64,000 bases of DNA, taken from positions 163,645 to 227,644 of the forward strand of contig OY968780.1 of assembly GCA_963695385.1 (NCBI GenBank). Direction: 5' to 3'. The DNA is from an uncultured Coriobacteriia bacterium. GTDB taxonomy: Bacteria > Actinomycetota > Coriobacteriia > Anaerosomatales > PALSA-660. The notes under the pieces are model-generated. The model was not told the origin of the DNA. It was given only the letters and a program-made list of their open reading frames with translations, and ran no database searches. The position numbers and the translations under genes were made by a program. How positions within the stretch are numbered: position 1 is the stretch's first letter; each line of letters opens with the position of its first letter. Positions 1 through 9,126 of the stretch are shown piece by piece.

Positions 1-2474
1 ACACCGGCGACAGCTTCTGCACGGCCCCGATGCTGACGATCAGCCCGGAGTTGCAGGCAAGGCTGCAGAAGCACAGCTACGACATCGTCGAGGCGATCGC
101 GGTCATCGGCGGGACCAACGTGCAGTTCGCGCACGACCCGGTGAGCGACAGGATCGTGGTCATCGAGATCAACCCGCGCACGTCGCGCTCGTCGGCCCTC
201 GCATCCAAGGCGACCGGCTTCCCGATCGCGCTTGTCAGCTCGATGCTCGCCGGCGGGTTGACCATGGACGAGATCCCGTACTGGCGCGACGGCACACTGG
301 AGCGCTATACGCCCTCGGGCGACTATGTCGTCGTGAAGTTCTCGCGGTGGGCCTTCGAGAAGTTCCCGGGATCGGTGGACAGGCTCGGCACGCAGATGCG
401 CGCCGTGGGCGAGGTCATGTCCATCGGCAAGACCTACAAGGAGTCTTTGCAGAAGGCCATCCGCTCGCTTGAGAACGGGCGCCACGGTCTGGGATTCGCC
501 AAGGACTTCAACGCGCTGACGCTCGACCAGCTCATGGAGTTGCTCGCCGAGCCGTCCAGCGAGCGCCAGTTCATCATGTACGAGGCGCTGCGGAAGGGCG
601 CGTCGGTCGAGGCGCTCCACGCGCGCACCCACATCAAGACCTGGTTCATCGAGCAGATGCGCGAGCTGGTGCAACTCGAAGAGGGGATCCTGGCCTTCAG
701 CGCCGGCGGACTACCCGACGACATGCTCGTCCGCGCCAAGAAGGACGGATTCGGCGACGCGTACCTCGCGGAGCTGCTCGGAGAGAGCGAGTCCTCCATC
801 CGCGAACGCCGGATCCGATTGGGGCTGGTCCACGGCTACGAGGCGGTCCCGGTCAGTGGCGTCGAGGACGCGGCCTACTACTACTCGACCTACAACGCGC
901 CCGACTCCGTGCCCACGACGGATCGGCGCAAGGTGATGGTCCTGGGCGGCGGGCCGAACCGCATCGGGCAGGGGATAGAGTTCGACTACTGCTGCGTCCA
1001 TGCGGCGTTCGCCCTCCGCGAAGCCGGGTTCGAGACCATCATGGTCAACTGCAACCCCGAGACGGTCTCCACGGACTTCGACACCTCCGACAAGCTCTAC
1101 TTCGAGCCTCTGACGGTGGAGGAGGTCCTCGCGATCCACGAGAAGGAGAAACCGGAAGGCGTCATCGTGCAGTTCGGCGGGCAGACGCCCCTCAACATCG
1201 CTCGCGACCTGGAGACCGCCGGCGTCCCGATACTCGGGACGTCACCGGAGACCATCGACCTGGCGGAGGACCGCGACCGCTTCCGCGGGATCATGGCCGG
1301 GCTCGGGATCCCCATGCCCGAGGCCGGCATGGCCTCCACGCTCGGAGAAGCGCTGGCGGTGGCGGAAGAGATCGGCTATCCGCTCATCGTGAGGCCCAGC
1401 TACGTGCTCGGCGGTCGCGGGATGGAGATCGTGCACGACGAGGACATGCTCGTTCGCTACGTGACCGCGGCCGTGGGAGTCACGCCCGAGCGGCCGATCC
1501 TGATCGACAGGTTCCTGGAGGACGCGCTCGAGTGCGAGGCGGACGCCATCGCCGACGGCACCGACGCGTTCGTCCCCGCGGTCATGGAGCACATCGAGTA
1601 CGCCGGAGTGCACTCAGGCGACTCGGCCTGTGTCATCCCTCCGGTCACGATACCCGCGCGCCACATCGAGACGATCGAGAGCTACACGCGCCGCATCGCG
1701 ATCGAGCTCGGCGTCGTCGGCCTGATGAACATCCAGTACGCCATCGCGGATGACATCGTCTACGTGCTGGAAGCGAACCCGCGCGCCTCGCGCACTGTGC
1801 CCCTGGTCTCGAAGGTGTGCGACATCCAGATGGCGCGACTCGCCACTCGCGTCATGTTGGGCGCCAAGATCTCCGACCTGGACCTGAAGCAGAGGAAGGT
1901 GCCTCACTTCGGGGTCAAGGAGTCGGTGTTCCCCTTCGGCATGTTCCCGGAGGTCGATCCGCTGCTGGGGCCGGAGATGCGCTCCACCGGCGAGGTGCTC
2001 GGAATGGCGAGTTCCTTCGGGCTGGCGTTCTTCAAAGCGCAGGAGGCGACCGGGCAGAGGCTCCCGCTCGAGGGCACGGTGCTGATCACGGTGGCCACCC
2101 GCGACCGGGCCCCCGGTCTGGAGGTGGCTCGCGAGTTCGAGAAGCTGGGATTCAAGATCCGGGCGACATCGGGGACGCACGCCTACCTTGCCGAGAACGG
2201 GGTGTCCTCCGAGCCGATCCTGAAGCTGCACGAAGGGCGGCCCAACATCGAGGACGCCATAAAGAACGGCGAGATCGACCTGGTGGTCAACACGCCCGCG
2301 GGCAAGTCCAGCGAGTTCGACGACTCCTACATCCGCAAGGCCGCCATCCGGCACAAGGTGCCATATATCACGACCACGGCCGCCGCCATGGCTACGGCGA
2401 AGGGCATCGCCGCGCACCGCGAAGACCACGATGGCGTGCGATCGCTACAGAGCTTCCACGCAGGGATCGGGTAG
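1..2474 (+). CDS. carB: carbamoyl-phosphate synthase large subunit, C-terminal portion (5' end lies outside window)
   Basis: ORF 30..2474 translation matches CarB second ATP-grasp half plus the MGS-like C-terminal domain (IVVIEINPRTSRSSALASKATGFPIA ... LVVNTP). The reading frame is open to the window edge. Confidence 0.9.
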   Translation, partial: TGDSFCTAPMLTISPELQARLQKHSYDIVEAIAVIGGTNVQFAHDPVSDRIVVIEINPRTSRSSALASKATGFPIALVSSMLAGGLTMDEIPYWRDGTLERYTPSGDYVVVKFSRWAFEKFPGSVDRLGTQMRAVGEVMSIGKTYKESLQKAIRSLENGRHGLGFAKDFNALTLDQLMELLAEPSSERQFIMYEALRKGASVEALHARTHIKTWFIEQMRELVQLEEGILAFSAGGLPDDMLVRAKKDGFGDAYLAELLGESESSIRERRIRLGLVHGYEAVPVSGVEDAAYYYSTYNAPDSVPTTDRRKVMVLGGGPNRIGQGIEFDYCCVHAAFALREAGFETIMVNCNPETVSTDFDTSDKLYFEPLTVEEVLAIHEKEKPEGVIVQFGGQTPLNIARDLETAGVPILGTSPETIDLAEDRDRFRGIMAGLGIPMPEAGMASTLGEALAVAEEIGYPLIVRPSYVLGGRGMEIVHDEDMLVRYVTAAVGVTPERPILIDRFLEDALECEADAIADGTDAFVPAVMEHIEYAGVHSGDSACVIPPVTIPARHIETIESYTRRIAIELGVVGLMNIQYAIADDIVYVLEANPRASRTVPLVSKVCDIQMARLATRVMLGAKISDLDLKQRKVPHFGVKESVFPFGMFPEVDPLLGPEMRSTGEVLGMASSFGLAFFKAQEATGQRLPLEGTVLITVATRDRAPGLEVAREFEKLGFKIRATSGTHAYLAENGVSSEPILKLHEGRPNIEDAIKNGEIDLVVNTPAGKSSEFDDSYIRKAAIRHKVPYITTTAAAMATAKGIAAHREDHDGVRSLQSFHAGIG

Positions 2475-2513
2475 GAACCGAGTCTCACCGTCCGGGGACG
2501 GGAGTACGCGTCT

Positions 2514-3425
2514 GTGAGCGATGGAGCCGCGATAGCCACGCACGCGCTCACGAAGCGCTATCGCGACGTGCTCGCCGTCGACGCGCTCGATCTGGACGTG
2601 CGGCGCGGCGAGATCTACGGCTTCCTCGGCAGGAACGGCGCGGGCAAGACGACCACGATCCGCATGCTGCTGGGCCTGGTCCGTCCTACCGGCGGCGACG
2701 TCGAGGTGCTGGGCAGGCGCGTGCGACCGGGCGCGAGCGACGTGTTCGCGCGAGTCGGCTACCTCGTCGAGACCGCGACGGCCTACCCGAACCTCACCGT
2801 TGCCGAGAACCTCGACATACAGCGACGGCTCACGCGTGCGCCGCTCTCGGCGGTCGCGGACGCCATCGAGCGCATGCGGCTGGGGGCGCTGGCCGATCGG
2901 CGCGCGGGAACGCTGTCGCTGGGCAACAAGCAGCGGCTGTCGCTCGCCCGCGCGCTGCTGCACCGGCCCGCGCTGCTCGTCCTGGACGAACCTGCCAACA
3001 CGCTGGACCCCGCCGGCATCGTCGAGGTCCGGGAGCTGTTGCGCACGCTCGCGAACGATCGGGGCGTGACCGTGCTCATGTCGAGCCACATACTCGCCGA
3101 GGTCGCCCACATCGCCGACCGGATCGGCATCATCCACGAGGGCCGTCTGCTCGAGGAGCTGGACCGCGACCAGCTGCGCGCCAAGGAGCGCCCGTACGTG
3201 CGGGTGCGCGTGTCCGAGCCCGACCGCGCGGCCGCGATCCTCGCCGCCGGCGGCTTCCCGCGCGTCGAGGCGGACGGCGGGGGACTGCGGGTCCTCGACG
3301 CAGAAGAGCGCGTGCCGGAGATCGCCCGGATGCTGGTCGGCGGGGGACTGGATGTCACCGAGCTGGCCGTCGCTCGCGAGGACCTCGAGGCGCATTTCCT
3401 GCGGCTCACCGGAGAGGCGCAGTGA
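2514..3425 (+). CDS. ABC transporter ATP-binding protein (ABC-2 exporter type)
   Basis: Walker A GRNGAGKTT, signature LSLGNKQRL and Walker B LLVLDEP are present. GTG start at 2514. The stop TGA overlaps the next ATG (TGATG). Confidence 0.85.
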   Translation: MSDGAAIATHALTKRYRDVLAVDALDLDVRRGEIYGFLGRNGAGKTTTIRMLLGLVRPTGGDVEVLGRRVRPGASDVFARVGYLVETATAYPNLTVAENLDIQRRLTRAPLSAVADAIERMRLGALADRRAGTLSLGNKQRLSLARALLHRPALLVLDEPANTLDPAGIVEVRELLRTLANDRGVTVLMSSHILAEVAHIADRIGIIHEGRLLEELDRDQLRAKERPYVRVRVSEPDRAAAILAAGGFPRVEADGGGLRVLDAEERVPEIARMLVGGGLDVTELAVAREDLEAHFLRLTGEAQ

Positions 3426-4207
3426 TGTTCGCTCAGGTCCTCGCCACCGAGTTCCTCAAGCTGCGGCGTAGCAGGGTGACCTGGTTGTCCCTGGTCGCGC
3501 TCTCAATAGGGACGTTCGCGATCGCGCTGATGATGTGGATAGTGCGCGAGCCGGGACGAGCGGCGCAGCTCGGGCTGCTCGGCACGAAGGCGAACCTGGC
3601 CGGACTCGAGGCTACCTGGCCCGCATTCTTCACGATGCTGACGCTGGTGGTCGGGATGGGCGGGACGCTGCTTCTTTCGTTCCTCGTCGCGTACGTCTTC
3701 GGCCGGGAATACAGCGACGGCACGGCGAAGAACCTGCTCGCGATGCCGGTGGGCCGCGCCTGGTTCGTGCTCGCGAAGCTCGTGGTGGTGGCCGCGTGGT
3801 GGGCCGTGCTGGTGTGCGTAGTCATCGCCGAGGGCTTCGCGATCGGATTCGCCTTGCGGCTGCCGGGATTCGCGCCCGCGCTGGCGGTGGGAGCGGTGCG
3901 CGACGCGCTGCTGGCGGCCTCGGTCGCCTACCTGCTCGCTCCCGTGGTGGCGTGGATCACCACTCTGGGGCGCGGCTACATGCCGCCGCTGGGCTTCGCC
4001 CTCGCGATGCTGGCCCTCGGCCAGGTCTTCAGCCGGACCGGCTGGGCGACGTGGTTCCCCTGGTCCATCGTCCCCCTGCTCATCGGGACCGTGGGTCAGC
4101 GCGTAACCACGCTCCCGGCGGCGAGCTACGTCGTCTTGGCGCTGACGTTCGTGGCCGGGATCGCCGGCACCATCGCGCAAGTGCGGTGGGCGGACAACGC
4201 GCAGTAG
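3425..4207 (+). CDS. ABC-2 family transporter permease
   Basis: ATG at 3425 overlaps the upstream stop. The product is hydrophobic and multi-TM (MFAQVLATEFLKLRRSRVTWLSLVAL ...). It is the C-terminal in-frame part of the artefactual 796-aa ORF 1817..4207. Confidence 0.7.
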   Translation: MFAQVLATEFLKLRRSRVTWLSLVALSIGTFAIALMMWIVREPGRAAQLGLLGTKANLAGLEATWPAFFTMLTLVVGMGGTLLLSFLVAYVFGREYSDGTAKNLLAMPVGRAWFVLAKLVVVAAWWAVLVCVVIAEGFAIGFALRLPGFAPALAVGAVRDALLAASVAYLLAPVVAWITTLGRGYMPPLGFALAMLALGQVFSRTGWATWFPWSIVPLLIGTVGQRVTTLPAASYVVLALTFVAGIAGTIAQVRWADNAQ

Positions 4208-4494
4208 GCGGAGGGCGAGTCGGCGGCGTCGGTAGACGCGGATGATCGCGGGCTCGCCTCAGCCAGTCAGCAGCGGGGTGATCCGGGAGCGAGCACGAGT
4301 CTCATGCGAGTGTGCTCCGTGGTCGTTGATCTTGATCGTGGCGTGCTCGCGGCTCATGGGCTTCGGAGTGATGACCACTACTAGGCCCTGCTGCCCGTGA
4401 TCGACTGCCGGATGAGGCCGTGGAAACTCGACGATGCCTTCGCGTCTGCAGCCTTCCGCGAGTGCTATCCTCGGGTGCAGGGGTTGCGAGAGGG

Positions 4495-5415
4495 GTGATC
4501 TCCATCCAGGACGCACGTGTTCGCGCCGCGGCATTCGAATGGCTCGCCGAGCAGGTGGAGTTGCACGGCGACGTGCTCCCCAGGAGCCTGCTCCTAGACG
4601 GGTTCGTGCTTGACGGCCAAAGGATCCACCTGCTCGGACCTCAAGGTATCTTCAAGCCCAAGGTTCTGTCGGGCGTGCCACTGTCCATCGCCACCGTTTC
4701 CGGCGGACCGTACGATGACTCATTTGTCGCCGAGGGGGTCCTGAGATACAGATACCGCGGTACGGATCCAAATCACCACGAGAATCAAGGGCTGCGCGAA
4801 GCCATGCGGCGGCGCCTTCCATTGGTGTACTTCCACGGAATTGCGCCCGGGAAGTACCTGGCGACCTGGCCGGCCTACGTGGTGGCAGATGATCCCAAGA
4901 ACCTGGCGGTCAGTGTCCAAATTGACGACGCTCAACACCTGCAGCTTGCAGCAGACCTCGGTGAGAACAGCCTCATCGGGCAAGAGGACGCTGACAGTGC
5001 TCGCAGGAGCTACGTCACTGCGGCCGTCCGTGTGCGACTCCATCAGCGCGCATTTCGCGAGCGAGTGCTCAGCGCGTATCACCGCCAGTGCGCGTTCTGT
5101 CACTTCCGTCATGAAGAGATGCTCGATGCGGCACACATCGTCCCGGATGCCCATCCAGCTGGAGAGCCGGTCGTGCGCAACGGACTTGCGCTTTGTACAC
5201 TGCATCACAGCGCGTTCGACCGACAGTTCCTTGGTCTTCGGCCTGACTACGTGCTGGAAGTGCGCCCGGACCTCCTCGGCGAGCAGGACGGGCCAACACT
5301 CGTGGGAATCCAATCACTTCACGGAAAGGGCATCCTGCTGCCCAGGACGGCAGGCTTGCGTCCCGACCGTGAGTTGGTGGCGCTACGCTACAGACAATTC
5401 CGCGAGGCATCCTAG
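4495..5415 (+). CDS. SRA(YDG)-HNH fusion, putative modification-dependent (type IV, McrA/ScoMcrA-like) restriction endonuclease
   Basis: The N-terminal region has an SRA/YDG-like signature (IHLLGPQGIFKPKVLSGVPLSIATVSGGPYDDSF...YRYRGTDP). The C-terminal region has an HNH motif (CAFCHF...AAHIVP...LCTLHHSAFD). GTG at 4495 is preceded by a GAGAGGGG RBS; alternative starts are GTG 4420 and GTG 4462. Local GC is visibly lower than the flanks. Confidence 0.65.
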   Translation: MISIQDARVRAAAFEWLAEQVELHGDVLPRSLLLDGFVLDGQRIHLLGPQGIFKPKVLSGVPLSIATVSGGPYDDSFVAEGVLRYRYRGTDPNHHENQGLREAMRRRLPLVYFHGIAPGKYLATWPAYVVADDPKNLAVSVQIDDAQHLQLAADLGENSLIGQEDADSARRSYVTAAVRVRLHQRAFRERVLSAYHRQCAFCHFRHEEMLDAAHIVPDAHPAGEPVVRNGLALCTLHHSAFDRQFLGLRPDYVLEVRPDLLGEQDGPTLVGIQSLHGKGILLPRTAGLRPDRELVALRYRQFREAS

Positions 5416-5654
5416 AGGACGTATGCCAAGACGCCGTGATCGTGAAAGTGACGGCATCATCTGGGACTAGCCGGGTCGTTGTCCGTCGGCATGAGACCCC
5501 GTCCCAGCAAGGCCGCGGGGCGGGCGGCGGACACAAAACGGTCTGATCCGGGTTGGAACCCAGAAGGAATCGCATGTTTCACTGTCGAGTGATTGCTGCG
5601 CGGAGTCGCGTCCGCGGCAGGACCTCTCTGATGCCTAGCGGAGCAGCAGTTTCC

Positions 5655-5690
5655 GGCATCCCACCTTGTCACTTGACAAGGTGGGATGCC
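5655..5690. promoter_or_regulatory. perfect palindrome GGCATCCCACCTTGTCA-CT-TGACAAGGTGGGATGCC (17-bp arms), operator-like, overlapping a -35 element
   Basis: Read directly from the sequence: the arms 5655-5671 and 5674-5690 are exact reverse complements. Confidence 0.5.
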
Positions 5691-5701
5691 GCCCGTAGTC
5701 T
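5673..5701 (+). promoter_or_regulatory. sigma70/SigA-like promoter: -35 TTGACA (5673-5678), 17-nt spacer, -10 TAGTCT (5696-5701)
   Basis: A consensus -35 hexamer sits inside the palindrome with an exact 17-nt spacer. The -10 has the conserved T1, A2 and T6 positions. The ORF starts about 24 nt downstream. Confidence 0.45.
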
Positions 5702-5724
5702 GTTCTCGAGAGAGCGAGTGCCGC

Positions 5725-5991
5725 ATGCCCAGGAAGAGGCACCCGAACTCTGCGATCGAAAGCGCACTCAGGTACGCCCAAGACCACGGATGGCGTGTCG
5801 AATCCGCAAGCGGAACGTCGCATGCGTGGGGCAGGATGTACTGTCCCAGCAACTCCACGGACTGCCGCTGTGGCGAGTTCTGCGTTACCAGCATTTGGAG
5901 TACCCCGCGCAACCCCGAGGACCACGCCAGGCAGTTGCGACGAGTAGTCGACGGCTGCGCCGCCCGGTCGCCGGGTGAGTCGACGAAGTGA
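5725..5991 (+). CDS. hypothetical small protein (88 aa) with C-x6-C-x-C-x3-C cluster
   Basis: ATG at 5725 is preceded by GAGAGCGAG. The amino-acid composition is diverse (W, Y, H, N, I present) and unlike GC-shadow ORFs. It ends 14 nt before the next gene. Confidence 0.35.
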   Translation: MPRKRHPNSAIESALRYAQDHGWRVESASGTSHAWGRMYCPSNSTDCRCGEFCVTSIWSTPRNPEDHARQLRRVVDGCAARSPGESTK

Positions 5992-6004
5992 GGGCGGTTG
6001 AGTC

Positions 6005-6532
6005 GTGCACACCTACGATTTCACCTTGAAGTTCGCTCTCGGCGCCTCTGATGCATGTCGCGACGAGTGCATCGAGCGACTCTACGAGCAGGGTTGTGAT
6101 GACGCTCTGGTCGGGATCGGTCTTGGCGGCCGCATCGCGATGAACTTCGCCCGCGAGGCCGATTCGGCTCACGTCGCCGTTCTTGGCGCCGTCGCCGCAG
6201 TTAGGCGTGCCATTCCGGACGCGACGCTGATCGAGGCGGCTCCGGACTTCGTCGGCCTGACAGACGTTGCCGCAATCGTCGGCTGCACTCGGCAGAACAT
6301 GAGAGAACTGATGCGGAACTGCAGCACCGCTGTTCCCGCGCCCGTCCACGAGGGCAGACCATCGATCTGGCACCTGGCACATGTCCTGACGTGGCTTGCC
6401 AAGCAGAAGAACTACTGTGTCCGGGGCGAACTGGTGGACCTGGCTCAAACGAACATGCAGCTGAACATCGCTGTCGACTTGCGCAACTCGGACCGATCGC
6501 TCCAGAGGGAGATCCGCTCCATCCTCGCGTGA
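6005..6532 (+). CDS. hypothetical two-domain protein with C-terminal helix-turn-helix (excisionase/MerR-like) DNA-binding motif
   Basis: ORF 6005..6532. The segment GLTDVAAIVGCTRQNMRELM resembles an HTH. The N-terminal region (FTLKFAL...ERLYEQGCDDALVG) is of unknown function. It is likely co-transcribed with 5725..5991 from the palindromic promoter. Confidence 0.5.
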   Translation: MHTYDFTLKFALGASDACRDECIERLYEQGCDDALVGIGLGGRIAMNFAREADSAHVAVLGAVAAVRRAIPDATLIEAAPDFVGLTDVAAIVGCTRQNMRELMRNCSTAVPAPVHEGRPSIWHLAHVLTWLAKQKNYCVRGELVDLAQTNMQLNIAVDLRNSDRSLQREIRSILA

Positions 6533-6613
6533 GACCTCCCGAGGCTCGCCGTGATTTGCGCGTGCCGCCCCCACCTCACCGTCACGTGATCGAACCCGCT
6601 CGACCACTTGGCC

Positions 6614-7006
6614 CTAGATCAGGCCGATCGCGCGCATGTCATCGGCTGTGCTCAGCACGACTGTGGCCTCGCCTCCGCCGGCGGTCGAACCGTACGCGTA
6701 TTCCACGTTGACGTCGGCTTCGGCCAGCTTCCGCACCGCGTCCTCCAGGGCGCCGGGGCGGTTCTCAAGACCGAGCACGATAGCGCTCTTCTCCCTCACG
6801 TTGGCGTTGAGCCTTGCGAGCGCAGCTGATGCCTTGTCGTTGTCGTCCGTCAGCATCAGGAACTTGCCCTCGCCGTCGCGTTCGTAGGCCGAGATGGCGG
6901 TGATGTTCACCCCCGCCTCCTTGATCGCGTCCGTGAGGTCGGCCAGCAGTCCCACCCTTGTGGGCATGGAAACGACGAGTTGAGTGGCCAAGTGTGCGCC
7001 TGACAT
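6614..7006 (-). CDS. ACT domain-containing protein
   Basis: The start MSGAHLATQL... is preceded on the minus strand by a strong RBS GGAGGGAGAG. There is an ACT-like glycine-rich ligand loop (ENRPGALEDAVRKLAEADVNV). The upstream part of ORF 6614..7174 is rejected. Confidence 0.65.
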   Translation of the reverse strand: MSGAHLATQLVVSMPTRVGLLADLTDAIKEAGVNITAISAYERDGEGKFLMLTDDNDKASAALARLNANVREKSAIVLGLENRPGALEDAVRKLAEADVNVEYAYGSTAGGGEATVVLSTADDMRAIGLI

Positions 7007-7214
7007 GTCGCTCTCCCTCCTTGTCGAGTGTAGTGACCAGACATTCCTTCCCCGTCTCGGACCGATGCGACGGCACGACCAAAGGCAGACATGTATGCGT
7101 AGACGAAGAGGGCCCCTCAACGCCACAGTCCGCGCGGCTCTTGCCTTGCCGTCGCGCCCATGATACTTTGCCACTACAGCACTCTACTATGATAAAGTAC
7201 ATCGACCGCCACAG

Positions 7215-8459
7215 ATGACGACAGAACGGACCACGATGCGCCCCGTCACCCCCAGAGGCTTCCGAGACGTCCTCCGCCAGGAGGCGGCCGAGCGCCGCGC
7301 CGTCGCCGATTCGCTCGGCGACTCCTTCGAGCGCTGGGGCTACGACCTCGTCGAGACCCCGGTGGTCGAGGAGTACCGCACCCTGTCCGCGGCCGCCGGA
7401 TCTTCGCTGGAGGGCACCGCGTTCCGGCTCTTCGATGTGGACGGCACGCTGCTGGCCCTGCGTCCGGAGATGACGCTTCCGATCGCACGGCTCGTCTCGA
7501 CCCGTCTGGCGGGGGAGCCGGGCCCGTACCGACTCCGCTACACCGCCGACGTCTACCGCGAGCACGCGTCCCTGCGCGGCGAGGCGCGCCAGTTCACGCA
7601 GGTGGGCGTGGAGCTCATCGGGGTCAACGGCCCCGCATCCGATGCCGAGATCGTCTCGCTGCTGGTCGAGGCGCTCGAGGCGTCGGGCCTGCGCGAGTTC
7701 ACGGTCGGCATCGGCACGGTCGCGGTCCTCCGGGCGCTGCTGGAGGCCGCCGGCGGCGACGAAGTGTGGCGCGGAGAGGTCATGCTGGCCGCGCACGGCG
7801 GCGACCTCGTCGGGCTCGACTGGCTCACCCGCGCGCCGGGCATCGTCGCGGCGGCCGGGGACGCCCTGCGAAGCCTCCCCAGGCTGGGCGGTGGCGCCGA
7901 GGCCATAGAAGCCTGCCGCCTCCTGGCCGGGACGGCGGGCTGTGCCGGCGCCCTCGACACGCTTACGGAGACCTGGCGCATCCTCGAGGCCGCCGGCATC
8001 GCTCCGCGCCTGCGCGTCGACTTCGGGATCCTGCGCTCCTTCGACTACTACACGGGCCTCATCGTCGAGGCCTATGCACCCGGGCTCGGTCTTCCCCTCG
8101 GAGGCGGCGGCCGCTACGACGACGTGCTGGCCGCGTTCGACGCCCCCATGCCGGCCGCCGGCTTCGCGCTGTCGCTCGAGCGCGTGCACATCGCTCTGCA
8201 GGCGCAGGGCGTGGAGCAGGCGGCCCCGCGGCTCGACGCCGTCATCGGCGGCCCGGACGCCGCGGCCAACCTTCGCGGAGCCTCGGAGCTGCGCGACCGA
8301 GGGCTTCGCGTCCGGATGGCCGCGACCGCGGACGGCGCGTCCATCGCCGCCGAAGCGGAGCGCGCGGGCGCGACGCGGGCGCTGCTCGCTCGAGGCGACC
8401 GGGTGCTGGTCCTGTCACCCACCGGAGAACCCGAGGGCGAGGTGGACGTCGATGTCTGA
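7215..8459 (+). CDS. hisZ: ATP phosphoribosyltransferase regulatory subunit (HisRS paralog)
   Basis: HisRS-like class II core without an anticodon-binding domain (RGFRDVL..., RLFDVDGTLLALRPEMT). It is paired with short-form HisG. An alternative start is ATG 7236. Confidence 0.85.
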   Translation: MTTERTTMRPVTPRGFRDVLRQEAAERRAVADSLGDSFERWGYDLVETPVVEEYRTLSAAAGSSLEGTAFRLFDVDGTLLALRPEMTLPIARLVSTRLAGEPGPYRLRYTADVYREHASLRGEARQFTQVGVELIGVNGPASDAEIVSLLVEALEASGLREFTVGIGTVAVLRALLEAAGGDEVWRGEVMLAAHGGDLVGLDWLTRAPGIVAAAGDALRSLPRLGGGAEAIEACRLLAGTAGCAGALDTLTETWRILEAAGIAPRLRVDFGILRSFDYYTGLIVEAYAPGLGLPLGGGGRYDDVLAAFDAPMPAAGFALSLERVHIALQAQGVEQAAPRLDAVIGGPDAAANLRGASELRDRGLRVRMAATADGASIAAEAERAGATRALLARGDRVLVLSPTGEPEGEVDVDV

Positions 8460-9120
8460 TACGTCGCCTCTCCTTCGAATGGCGATCCCCAAGGGCTCCC
8501 TCTACGAGGGCTCTCTCGCGCTTCTGCGCGAGGCGGGTGTCGACGTGGAGGCGCTCGCCGATCCCGGCAGGCAGCTCATCGTCGACACTGCGGACATGCG
8601 CTTCATCATCTCGCGTCCAACCGACGTACCGGCCTACGTCGCCTACGGCGCCGCCGACATCGGCATCACCGGCGCCGACGTGCTGGCCGAGGAGCGGCTC
8701 GACGTCCTGGAGCTGGCCGACCTGCGCTTCGGCGGCTGCCGCTTCGTGGTCGCCGAACGCATCGGCGCGGAGCGCACCATCGAGGAGACCTACCGCCACC
8801 TGGGCGTTCTGCGAGTGGCCACCAAGTATCCGCGGGTGACCGAAGCGCATTTCGCCGCGAAGGGCATACAAGTCGAGTTGGTCAAGTTGCACGGCAACAT
8901 CGAACTCGCTCCGCTCATAGGTTTGGCGGACAGGGTCGTGGACATCACCGCGACAGGGCGTACCCTGTCCGAGAACGGTTTGCGGGTGGTCGAGGACGTC
9001 ATGGAGTCGACTGCGCGGTTCGTCGCCAACCCGGTGGCCGCGCGGATCGACGCTGACAGGGTCATGGGACTCGCGGTCCGCCTGGAGCAGGCGGCCGCGC
9101 GGATCGAAGGACGGGGCTGA
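8452..9120 (+). CDS. hisG: ATP phosphoribosyltransferase, short form
   Basis: MAIPKGSLYEGSLALLREAG ... VAYGAADIGITG, about 222 aa. The ATG overlaps the hisZ stop (ATGTCTGA). Confidence 0.9.
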   Translation: MSDTSPLLRMAIPKGSLYEGSLALLREAGVDVEALADPGRQLIVDTADMRFIISRPTDVPAYVAYGAADIGITGADVLAEERLDVLELADLRFGGCRFVVAERIGAERTIEETYRHLGVLRVATKYPRVTEAHFAAKGIQVELVKLHGNIELAPLIGLADRVVDITATGRTLSENGLRVVEDVMESTARFVANPVAARIDADRVMGLAVRLEQAAARIEGRG

Positions 9121-9126
9121 GAAGTC

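Noticed and set aside
1817-4207. 796-aa ORF spanning carB, the ABC ATPase and the permease
   Set aside because: Arg/Gly/Ala/Pro-rich out-of-frame read-through, typical of 70% GC DNA. Only the last 260 codons (3425..4207) form a plausible hydrophobic permease starting at an ATG that overlaps the ATPase stop.
4259-4534. Small minus-strand ORF between the permease and the HNH gene
   Set aside because: No RBS and no conservation signal. It overlaps the probable 5' region of the HNH gene.
5553-5991. ORFs 5553..5978 and 5686..5991 (the latter with its start inside the palindrome)
   Set aside because: 5553..5978 is Arg-rich junk in another frame. For the 5686 frame, only the portion from ATG 5725 downstream of the promoter is retained as a candidate gene.
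7766-9120. Overlapping ORFs 7766..8839 and 7942..9120 inside hisZ/hisG
   Set aside because: Only the HisG-like segment from ATG 8452 in the 7942 frame is real. The remainder is out-of-frame read-through of hisZ.
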